From Candidatus Latescibacterota bacterium (GTDB lineage: Bacteria; Latescibacterota; UBA2968; UBA8231): a stretch of DNA of 64,000 bases. This document shows positions 56,539 to 64,000 of the stretch, piece after piece (position 1 is the first letter of the stretch; every line of letters begins with the position of its first letter). A model generated the notes under the pieces. It saw only the letters and a list, made by a program, of their open reading frames with translations, was not told the DNA's origin and searched no databases. The stretch is from assembly GCA_965197905.1 (NCBI GenBank), contig CBDAOB010000004.1, positions 1,440,001 to 1,504,000 of the forward strand. Reading direction: 5' to 3'. The position numbers were made by a program, and so were the translations under genes.

Positions 56539-57915
56539 ATGAAATCCACGAAACACGACATAGTGGTTATCGGCGGCGGATCGGCTGGCTACGCCGCCGC
56601 GCGCACGGCGCAGGACGCCGGGGCCGACGTCGGTATCGTTGATGCGGGACCTCTGGGTGGCCTGTGTATCCTGCGCGGCTGCATGCCCACCAAAGCGATT
56701 CTGCGGTCGTCGAACATCCTCGTGCTCATGCGCCAAGCTTCTGAGTTCGGTCTTTGCGCAGAGAATCCGCGGGGAGACCTGGCCGCCATCTTGCGGCGTA
56801 AAGACCGACTCATCGAGGAGTTCGCGGCGGAGCGCATCGGAGCCCTCCGCGACGATCGCTTTACCCTCTACGAAGATCACGCCTCTTTCATCGGACCACG
56901 GGAAATCGCGACGGGCGACCATCGGCTGCAGTTTGAGAGCGCGATCATCGCCACCGGGTCGGTCCCCAGCCGAATACCCGTCCCGGGATTGGAGGAGGTT
57001 GGGTACCTGACCAGCGACGAGATCTTGTCGCGGACCGACCACCCCGCTTCACTGATCGTACTGGGCGGCGGGCCGGTGGCTGTGGAGTTGGCGCAATTCT
57101 TTCAGCGCCTGGGGACCCAAGTCAGCTTGATCCAACGCAGCGAACAGATCCTCTCCGATGCAGATAAAGACCTTGCGCAGGCAGTGGAAGGACGCTTTCG
57201 CGACGAGGGCATGGATCTCTTTACCGGGACCTGTTTACGACGGGTCGAGCGCGACGGCGATCGCAAAAGGGTCCACTTCACCCGCGGGGCGGAGGAAATG
57301 TCAGTGGCCGCCGCACAGATTCTCCAAGCGCTCGGCAGGCGACCGAACATCGATGGACTGAAGCTCGAAGCCGCCGGCGTAGAAACAAACGCCGGCGGGA
57401 TTCGGGTGAACGCCGAGATGCGCACCAGTCAACCCCATATCTTCGCGGTGGGGGACGTCAACGGCATTCACGAGATTGTACACATCGCGATCGAGCAAGG
57501 GGAAGTCGCCGCCCACAACGCCACCCATCCCACGCCCCACCGCATGGACAATCGTTTGACGACACGGATCGTCTTCACCGAACCGCAGCTGGCCAGCGTC
57601 GGGTTGTCTGAAAAGCAATGTCGCGAGCAGCGCCTATCTTATTTGAAAGCGGAGCATCCATTCGATGACCACGGCAAGTCCTTGTGCCTGGGTGAAAGCG
57701 ACGGCCACGTCAAGCTGCTGTGTGAGCCGCGGGGCGGAGCGCTCTTGGGGGCGCACATCGTCGGTCCCGACGCCTCCGAGCTGATTCACGAACTCATTGC
57801 CGTGATGTATTTTCGCGGCACCGTGAGCGACCTGGCGCGCATCCCCCACTATCATCCGACGTTGGCAGAAATCGTGTTGTACCCGGCCGAGGAGCTGGCG
57901 GCGCAGATCGGCTGA
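56539..57915 (+). CDS. Class I pyridine nucleotide-disulfide oxidoreductase (LpdA/MerA-like)
   Basis: GGGSAG, GGLCILRGCMPTK, IATGS, GGG..A.E, FAVGD, HPTLAE. Confidence 0.88.
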   Translation: MKSTKHDIVVIGGGSAGYAAARTAQDAGADVGIVDAGPLGGLCILRGCMPTKAILRSSNILVLMRQASEFGLCAENPRGDLAAILRRKDRLIEEFAAERIGALRDDRFTLYEDHASFIGPREIATGDHRLQFESAIIATGSVPSRIPVPGLEEVGYLTSDEILSRTDHPASLIVLGGGPVAVELAQFFQRLGTQVSLIQRSEQILSDADKDLAQAVEGRFRDEGMDLFTGTCLRRVERDGDRKRVHFTRGAEEMSVAAAQILQALGRRPNIDGLKLEAAGVETNAGGIRVNAEMRTSQPHIFAVGDVNGIHEIVHIAIEQGEVAAHNATHPTPHRMDNRLTTRIVFTEPQLASVGLSEKQCREQRLSYLKAEHPFDDHGKSLCLGESDGHVKLLCEPRGGALLGAHIVGPDASELIHELIAVMYFRGTVSDLARIPHYHPTLAEIVLYPAEELAAQIG

Positions 57916-57945
57916 CGGCCCGTTTGCTTGCCTCAACCAGACTTT

Positions 57946-59259
57946 TCAGTCGTAATATTCCTGGCCTAGATGGGTGATCAGCTCCTCGCCCTGCAGGTGG
58001 CGCAGGGTGTTCTTCAACTTCATCAGCTGAATAAACAGATCGTGCTCAGGGTAGAGACCGGGCGCCGTCATGGGACTCTTGAAGTAGAAGGAGAGCCATT
58101 CCTGCACCCCCTTCATGCCCGAACGTTTGGCGAGATCGGCAAACAGCACCAGGTCCAGCGCCAGCGGCGCGGCGAGAATGCTGTCCCGGCAGAGGAAATC
58201 AATCTTGACCTGCATGGGGTACCCCATCCAGCCGAAAATATCGATGTTGTCCCACCCTTCCTTCTCATCGCCCCGCGGCGGGTAATAGTTGATGCGAACC
58301 TTGTGGTAGAGGTCGCCGTAGAGCTGGGGATAGAGATGGGGTTGCAGGACGTATTCCAGAACCCCCAGCTTGCTCTCTTCCTTGGTCTTGAAAGAGGAGG
58401 GGTCGTCGAGGATCTCTCCGTCTCGATTACCTAGAATATTGGTCGAGAACCAACCTTTTATCCCCAGCATGCGAGCTTTGAATCCTGGGGCAAGGATGGT
58501 CTTCATGAGGGTCTGACCGGTCTTGAAATCCTTGCCCGCAATCGGGGCGCCGTTGGCGGCCGCTAGCTCGATCATCCCCGGCACATCGACAGTAAGGTTG
58601 GGAGCGCCGTTCAAAAACGGGATCCCCGCCGACAGGGCCGCGTAGGCATAGACCATGCTCGGCGGGATGTTTTCGTCGTTTTGCTGGAAGCCTTTCTCCA
58701 GACTCTCTATGGTTTGGTGAACTGCCGTCTCATTCAAGAACACCTCGGTGCTGCCACACCAGATCATCACCAAGCGATCGACCCCGTGCTCGGTCTTGAA
58801 GTTCTGGATGTCTTCGCGCACCTCCTGAACCATGTCCCATTTGGTTTTTCCGGTTTTGACATGGGGGCCATCCAGGCGCCGCACGAAACTCTGGTCGAAG
58901 ACTGCTTTCATCGGTCTCACTGAGCGCAGCTGATCCTCCACCGCGTCCAGCGTCCCTTGCTCAAGCACGCCGGCATGGGTGGCTGCTTCGAAGGCGTCGT
59001 CGGGAAACACATCCCAACCACCGAATACCAGGTCATCCATGCCCGCCAGAGGTACGAAATCCTTGATCATGGGAGAGCGGTTGTCCGTGCGTTTCCCCAG
59101 GCGAATGGTACCCATTTGCGTCAGCGACCCGAACGGCTCGCCCAACCCGACCTTCATTGATTCGACCCCGGCGATGAGAGTGGTAGCAACGGCGCCCATG
59201 CCCGGCATGAGGATCCCCAGTTTGCCCTCAGGTTGATCGATCTCCTGAACATTCGACAT
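57946..59259 (-). CDS. ino1: Inositol-3-phosphate synthase
   Basis: FGGWD, W.GSTE, NGAPN, GKDFKTGQT, STNILGNRDG, YYPPRGD.KE.WD, CRDSILAAP..LDL, SFYFKSP. Confidence 0.93.
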   Translation of the reverse strand: MSNVQEIDQPEGKLGILMPGMGAVATTLIAGVESMKVGLGEPFGSLTQMGTIRLGKRTDNRSPMIKDFVPLAGMDDLVFGGWDVFPDDAFEAATHAGVLEQGTLDAVEDQLRSVRPMKAVFDQSFVRRLDGPHVKTGKTKWDMVQEVREDIQNFKTEHGVDRLVMIWCGSTEVFLNETAVHQTIESLEKGFQQNDENIPPSMVYAYAALSAGIPFLNGAPNLTVDVPGMIELAAANGAPIAGKDFKTGQTLMKTILAPGFKARMLGIKGWFSTNILGNRDGEILDDPSSFKTKEESKLGVLEYVLQPHLYPQLYGDLYHKVRINYYPPRGDEKEGWDNIDIFGWMGYPMQVKIDFLCRDSILAAPLALDLVLFADLAKRSGMKGVQEWLSFYFKSPMTAPGLYPEHDLFIQLMKLKNTLRHLQGEELITHLGQEYYD

Positions 59260-59357
59260 CACATGCTCCTTACTGGTTTTTTTGTGTCCGACGGAACCCG
59301 AAGGTCTAATCAACTTGCTTCTTTCAATAAAACAAATCAATATTTATGATGTTTCTC

Positions 59358-59372
59358 ATAGACATGTCCTAT
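59358..59372. promoter_or_regulatory. LysR-type recognition site (ATAG-N7-CTAT, T-N11-A)
   Basis: cATAGacatgtcCTATg in the ino1/LysR divergent spacer. A degenerate ATAA-N7-CAAT lies at 59327-59341. Confidence 0.65.
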
Positions 59373-59380
59373 GGATAGCC

Positions 59381-60319
59381 ATGAATATTCAACATCTGCG
59401 CTACCTCATTGCCGTTGCCAACACCGGAGGGTTCACCTCCGCTTCCAGAGAGCTACACGTGACTCAGCCCACCGTGAGTGGAGGCATCACCGAGCTGGAA
59501 AAGCAGTTAAACGCCAAGCTGTTCAATCGGGACAGCCGTCACGTAGTGCTGACAGCCGAGGGGCGAGTGCTGTTAGAGTATGCCGTCGAGATTGTGGATC
59601 TGTTGGAGGAAGCGAGCGGGCGTCTGGCCAGTGGCGAGGTGCTACCCGGCGAGCGGATCCGCTTCGGCGCCACCGATGCCGCGGTGATCTACCTGCTCCC
59701 GGATCTGTTGAAAAGCTTCTCGCAACGTTATCCCGGCGTCGAGCTCACTACCCAGGTAGCTTCCTCGATCCCTCTCGTGGGGGAGGTGTTGTCGAACCGG
59801 TCGGAGTTTGCGGTCGTATCGCTTCCCCAATCCCATCCCCAGATCGAGGTTGTTTCCCTGACCATCGACCCGATGGTTCTGGTCGTAAACCCCGGTCACC
59901 GCTTTACCGGCCGCGCCTCCGTGTCTGCCGCCGAGGTCGTGGAGGAAAAGCTAATCATGTTCCACAGTGAGTCGGTTTCGAGACAGATCGTCCAAGAAGG
60001 GTTCGCGCAGCAGCGCTTGTCGGTGGGGGCATCGATGGAAATGGGCAGTCCCGACGCCATTCGGAAGCTCGTGGAAGCGGGCGCGGGCATCTCGTTCCTG
60101 CCGAGAATGACGGTGATGGATTCCGTGGACGCAGGCTCCTTGGTAGAGGTCCGGGTTCGCAACCTCGACCTTACAAGGGAGATCGGGCTGATCTGGCGCC
60201 AGGGCCGTTATTTCAGCCCGGCGGCTCGGCGCCTGCTGGAAGCGATACTGGAGAAGTTTGACCGATCGGCCGAGGGGCCGCGTCTCGCAGCGGCTGTCAG
60301 GCGTCGTGGTAAAGGATAA
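59381..60319 (+). CDS. LysR-family transcriptional regulator
   Basis: MNIQHLRY...GFT.AS.ELHVTQPTVS..I..LE..L...LF.R HTH plus substrate-binding domain. Confidence 0.93.
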   Translation: MNIQHLRYLIAVANTGGFTSASRELHVTQPTVSGGITELEKQLNAKLFNRDSRHVVLTAEGRVLLEYAVEIVDLLEEASGRLASGEVLPGERIRFGATDAAVIYLLPDLLKSFSQRYPGVELTTQVASSIPLVGEVLSNRSEFAVVSLPQSHPQIEVVSLTIDPMVLVVNPGHRFTGRASVSAAEVVEEKLIMFHSESVSRQIVQEGFAQQRLSVGASMEMGSPDAIRKLVEAGAGISFLPRMTVMDSVDAGSLVEVRVRNLDLTREIGLIWRQGRYFSPAARRLLEAILEKFDRSAEGPRLAAAVRRRGKG

Positions 60320-60875
60320 TCATCGGCCCTTTGATCGCCGCGGCGGCGAGCGCGTCGGGTGGGCTCTGTTGAAGCCTACCATGCCGGTTGATCTTCAACG
60401 CCAGTTCCGGCAAACGAAGACCCATATACACGCCTTTGTTCACCTGGCGCTTCACGGTCTCTAGGTTACGCAGTCCCTTCAGTCTCAAGAGGTCCTGGCC
60501 CCTTGGGTTTCCCAACCGTCGTTTCAACAAGCTCGCGGCGATCTGAATCAGCCCCTGCAGGAAGGGTTTCTGGAGTGCGTTCCCACAGCGCCAGGGCACT
60601 TCCCATTGTTCGTGGGCTTCCCACCAGTATCCGTGATTGAACAGATCGACGCCGAACAGATACGGCCCGTGATGCCTCCAGTTATCTGCCGTCAGCGGCG
60701 TATCTGCAAAGACGCCTAGATCCTCCATCGCGCTAACGGCATGACGCGTTGATCGAGGCGTGATGCCGGGTAAAAATGGGGACGCCGGGAAGGAGACGGC
60801 AGGCCAATAGCGGGGCCAGCTCCGTTCGAACGGTTCGAAGTCGCGGTCAGGCGGCGCGGGAGGAATCTTCGACAC
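60297..60875 (-). CDS. DUF309-domain protein
   Basis: GVDLFN.GYWWEAHE.WE..W, FLQGLIQ.AA. Start uncertain; overlaps the dusB 3' end. Confidence 0.75.
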   Translation of the reverse strand: MSKIPPAPPDRDFEPFERSWPRYWPAVSFPASPFLPGITPRSTRHAVSAMEDLGVFADTPLTADNWRHHGPYLFGVDLFNHGYWWEAHEQWEVPWRCGNALQKPFLQGLIQIAASLLKRRLGNPRGQDLLRLKGLRNLETVKRQVNKGVYMGLRLPELALKINRHGRLQQSPPDALAAAAIKGPMIILYHDA

Positions 60876-61851
60876 TGGCGTCCTCTCCCAGCTGTTGGAT
60901 GCGCGCCCGCAAAGGGTCGAGCTCGCGACAGCTTGCCAGCTCGGCGCGTAGCTGGGCGGCTCCATGGAGACCGCGAAAATAGCCCGAGTAGTGGCGCCTC
61001 ATGCCGACGACCGCCGCCCGCGGTCCCAGATGTTCGACGGCAAGGTCGAGGTGCCTGAGACAGCGGTGAGCGCGCTCTTGAAGCGAGGGAGTGGGAAGCA
61101 GCTCTTCCGTCGAGATATAGTGACGGGCATCGCGAAACAACCAGGGATGGGCGATGGCCCCACGGCCGATCATCACCCCGTCGCATCCGGTCTCGCGGAA
61201 ACAGCGCTCGACTTCTTGCGGCTCCCTGACATCCCCGTTCAGGATGATGGGAATGGAAACGGCGTTCTTTAGTCGCGGGATCCACTCGTAATCCACGGGC
61301 CCCTTGTGGCCTTGGGCACGCGTGCGGCAGTGCACCGCCAGTGCCTGTATCCCCACATCCTCGAGCATCTTCGCCACCTCCAGGATGTGGATCGACTCGT
61401 CGTCCCAGCCCAAACGCGTCTTCACCGTGACCGGCAGCGTGGTCGAACCCACCACCTTCTGCGCCACCCGCCGCAGTCGTGGGAGATCCTTGAGCAATCC
61501 GGCGCCGGCGCCGCGCAGCGCTACGTTGCGCACCCAGCAACCGCAGTTGATGTCGATCAGGTCAGGTTCGTGGGCGTTGGCGATCTCGGTGGCCTGTTCC
61601 AGGGTATCTTCCGAGGCACCGTACAGCTGGATCCCGAGGGGTCGTTCGGTGGGCAGGAATTTCAGCTTGGTAGCGGTGCGGCGGGAGCCCTGCGGACCGC
61701 TGCGCACCAGCCCTTCGGCGTTGACGAACTCGGTGTAGACGATGTCAGCACCGAGCTCCTTGCAGATCAGGCGAAACGGAAGATCGGAGACATCTTCCAT
61801 CGGTGCCAGCAACAACCCCGGGTCGGCTACAATTGTTCCGATGCGGAACAT
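60847..61851 (-). CDS. dusB: tRNA-dihydrouridine synthase
   Basis: LAPMEDVSD.PFR, DINCGC, GAG.LKD, PVTVKTRLGW, VHCRT, NGDV, GVMIGRG. Confidence 0.92.
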   Translation of the reverse strand: MFRIGTIVADPGLLLAPMEDVSDLPFRLICKELGADIVYTEFVNAEGLVRSGPQGSRRTATKLKFLPTERPLGIQLYGASEDTLEQATEIANAHEPDLIDINCGCWVRNVALRGAGAGLLKDLPRLRRVAQKVVGSTTLPVTVKTRLGWDDESIHILEVAKMLEDVGIQALAVHCRTRAQGHKGPVDYEWIPRLKNAVSIPIILNGDVREPQEVERCFRETGCDGVMIGRGAIAHPWLFRDARHYISTEELLPTPSLQERAHRCLRHLDLAVEHLGPRAAVVGMRRHYSGYFRGLHGAAQLRAELASCRELDPLRARIQQLGEDASVEDSSRAA

Positions 61852-61887
61852 CTCATCTCGTGGCGTCGGTGGAGAAGCTGTTCCCCG

Positions 61888-62196
61888 CTATTTCAAACCA
61901 GAGTATGGCAGAGCCTTGAGGATTCGTACCTCGCGGCGGCGAATATTCGGGCGAATCTGCGGTACGACCTTCAGCCACTCCGGGCTGCCGTAGAACGCTT
62001 CGATGGCCTTGTCGCGCGCTTTGTTGTCGCGGAAGGATCGAATCCAGACGAACTCGTCGTCGCGATCCGGGTTCTCGAAGGCAGCAACAAAGTTGATTCC
62101 GTACTTCTTCATAAAGGTCTTCGCTTTTCTAAAACCGGCCAAGAACTTTTTCTTTTTTCCTTTGTGGAAGCGATAGATGCGCAGCTCGTAGATCAT
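61888..62196 (-). CDS. NIPSNAP-family protein
   Basis: MIYELR.Y...GK, F.WIR.F.....R......FY.S.EW. Confidence 0.8.
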   Translation of the reverse strand: MIYELRIYRFHKGKKKKFLAGFRKAKTFMKKYGINFVAAFENPDRDDEFVWIRSFRDNKARDKAIEAFYGSPEWLKVVPQIRPNIRRREVRILKALPYSGLK

Positions 62197-62228
62197 TCGT
62201 TGTCTCCCCTCGTCGGCTTGAGGCCGGC

Positions 62229-62257
62229 AGTATAGGAGGCCACCGCAGGAGTGTCAA
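62229..62257 (-). promoter_or_regulatory. Sigma70 promoter for NIPSNAP-dusB-DUF309
   Basis: Minus strand TTGACA-17-TATACT. Confidence 0.75.
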
Positions 62258-62305
62258 GTTCCTCAGGCGCAAGGTCAAACGGAACTCGCGGCGTGGTTGT
62301 GATGC

Positions 62306-62334
62306 TTGACGCCCGGAGGGGTTGCCCCTAGATT
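62306..62334 (+). promoter_or_regulatory. Sigma70 promoter for uppS-cdsA
   Basis: TTGACG-17-TAGATT. Implies the uppS start lies downstream of 62334. Confidence 0.6.
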
Positions 62335-62390
62335 TTCAGCCTTGCTCGGCCTGCTTCTTCTCCAGTCCCGCCTCTGTTCAGCAATCTCAA

Positions 62391-63149
62391 GTGACCCTTA
62401 CGTTGGATCCCCAAGAAGACGCACTCATCCAGAAGCAACTCGTCGACGGCGGTAATCTGCCGCGGCACATCGCCATCATCATGGACGGCGATCGGCGCTG
62501 GGCGGTGCAGCACGATCTGCCCAAAACGGAAGGGCACCGGCTGGCGCGGGAGTCAGTGAGGGATGTGGTGCGGGCTTGTGGAGAGCTCGGCGTTGAGGTG
62601 CTTACGCTCTACTCCTTCTCCACCGAGAACTGGTCGCGGCCCAAGAAAGAGGTGCGGACGCTGATGATGTTGTTGCGGGAGTCCCTGAAGGACGAGATTC
62701 CCGAGCTGCACAAGAACAACGTGCGCCTCAATGCCATCGGTCGGATCGAGGGATTGCCCAAGACCGTCCAAGTGGCGTTGAAGCGGGGCATCGCACAGAC
62801 CGCCGACAACTCGGGGTTGTTGTTGAATCTGGCGTTGAATTACGGCGGTCGCAGCGAACTGGTGGACGCCGTGCGTGATTTGGCGGATCGAGTCGCCTCG
62901 GGATCTCTGAAACCCGAGGCTATAGATGAAGAGCTGATCTCCAGCGTGCTGTACACCGGTGGCATGCCCGATCCCGACCTGCTCATTCGTCCCAGCGGGG
63001 AAATGCGACTGAGCAATTTCCTGCCGTGGCAGATGGTGTATACGGAGATCTGGTTCACCCAGGTCTACTGGCCCGATTTCCGTCGCCAACACCTCTACGA
63101 AGCGGTGCGAACCTACCAGGAACGGGATCGACGATTTGGCGGAGCCTGA
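62391..63149 (+). CDS. uppS: Isoprenyl transferase (undecaprenyl diphosphate synthase)
   Basis: P.HIAIIMDG.RRWA, GH, FSTENW.RP, ALNYGGR.E, PDPDLLIR.SGE.RLSNF, WPDF, RRFGG. Adjacent to cdsA. Confidence 0.92.
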   Translation: MTLTLDPQEDALIQKQLVDGGNLPRHIAIIMDGDRRWAVQHDLPKTEGHRLARESVRDVVRACGELGVEVLTLYSFSTENWSRPKKEVRTLMMLLRESLKDEIPELHKNNVRLNAIGRIEGLPKTVQVALKRGIAQTADNSGLLLNLALNYGGRSELVDAVRDLADRVASGSLKPEAIDEELISSVLYTGGMPDPDLLIRPSGEMRLSNFLPWQMVYTEIWFTQVYWPDFRRQHLYEAVRTYQERDRRFGGA

Positions 63150-63972
63150 GTCTCCCGCCCCCACCGCGCGCTCCCAGCTGTTCAGGCGCATAAGCTCGAT
63201 CTGTGTTTTCGTTCCGGCGATATTGTTTCTCGTGTGGGCCGGGAACCACACGCTGCTCCTGCTGGTTCTTCTGATCGTGGTAGGCGGATCATGGGAGTTC
63301 TACCACTTGCTGAAATCGGCGGGATATCGGCCGGCGGCAACCGTCGGTATGGTTTCGGCGGCGGGGCTTGTGTTTCACATCTACCTTCGCCCCGCCGACA
63401 CCCTGGCGTTGCCCGTGGCGCTGGTCGTCCTCATCAGTCTCGCCCTCGGTTTGCGGCGGGGCACTGAACGCTACGCAGCCAACACCTTGGCAACCTTTGG
63501 TGGAGCCATCCTGTTTGGTCTATTGGGCAGTACCCCGCTACGCATGGGCACCGCGGCACCGGCGGAGAATTCGGCGTTTCTGGTCATGGCCATCTTCACA
63601 TCGATTTGGCTGACCGACGCGGCCGCCTACATCGGCGGCAACCTGTGGGGCAAGCGCAAGCTGGCTCCCAGCATCAGCCCGGGCAAAACCCGAATCGGCT
63701 TCTTGACCGGGTTGGTTGGAGGTTTGGTGCCGTTGCTCTTCCGCGATCTTTTACCGATGTTCAGCACCGCCGAACTGGCAGGATTGTTTCTCGTTGCCAG
63801 CGCCGGCGGTCAACTGGGGGACCTGGTCGAGTCCGCCTGGAAGCGGGATGTCGGAGTGAAGGATTCCGCGGCTCTCATTCCGGGACATGGTGGCGTGCTA
63901 GACCGCTTCGATTCCTATTTTTTCGCCTTTCCGTTGACCTACATCTATCTCATCACTCTTCGATCTTTTTGA
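63136..63972 (+). CDS. cdsA: Phosphatidate cytidylyltransferase
   Basis: W..D..AY..G...GK.KLAP.ISPGKT, GDL.ES..KR..GVKDS...IPGHGGVLDRFDS. Confidence 0.95.
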   Translation: MAEPESPAPTARSQLFRRISSICVFVPAILFLVWAGNHTLLLLVLLIVVGGSWEFYHLLKSAGYRPAATVGMVSAAGLVFHIYLRPADTLALPVALVVLISLALGLRRGTERYAANTLATFGGAILFGLLGSTPLRMGTAAPAENSAFLVMAIFTSIWLTDAAAYIGGNLWGKRKLAPSISPGKTRIGFLTGLVGGLVPLLFRDLLPMFSTAELAGLFLVASAGGQLGDLVESAWKRDVGVKDSAALIPGHGGVLDRFDSYFFAFPLTYIYLITLRSF

Positions 63973-64000
63973 GTCACCGATGATCAGTACCGCAATCTGG

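Noticed and set aside
56539..57915. Mercuric reductase MerA
   Set aside because: No C-terminal Cys-Cys pair, no NmerA domain, ends in LpdA-like HPTLAE, and no mer genes are adjacent.
63980..64000. Start of an rseP- or dxr-like gene after cdsA
   Set aside because: Only seven codons are visible, which is not enough to call.
1..64000. CRISPR arrays, transposases, prophage genes, rRNA
   Set aside because: No regularly spaced direct repeats or matching protein/RNA motifs were noticed by eye.

Overview
A GC-rich bacterial chromosomal segment, densely coding, with about 60 CDS and one tRNA-Glu(UUC). The gene style (many TPR and lipoprotein genes, GT-C+TPR membrane proteins, class I LysRS, Na+-decarboxylase) suggests an uncultured diderm of the FCB/Latescibacterota-Gemmatimonadota type; this is inference only. 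Most content is housekeeping or metabolic: zapA, a phosphohexomutase, infA, class I lysS, yhbY, comEC, queCE, moaA, xdhC, oadGBA, birA, ettA, sat, purN, acnA, a UbiD-family decarboxylase, pdxST, ino1, dusB, uppS and cdsA. No CRISPR array, integrase, transposase or prophage gene was seen. The most unusual items are: (1) a FolC-type ligase fused to a C-terminal RimK-like ATP-grasp domain, directly behind moaA; (2) an operon led by an unrecognised 8-TM protein built from two 4-TM repeats, followed by a GMC and a Gfo/Idh/MocA oxidoreductase, divergent from a TIM-barrel isomerase-family gene; (3) a sat gene co-transcribed with an adenosine-deaminase-fold protein whose motifs resemble RADAR RdrB; (4) a 171-bp CTAG-bounded nested palindrome (MITE-like) filling the whole pdxS-pdxT spacer; (5) a strong promoter and terminator-like hairpin in the long leader of a stand-alone infA; (6) an orphan FliL-like lipoprotein coupled to zapA. 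All family calls come from motif recognition, not database searches.
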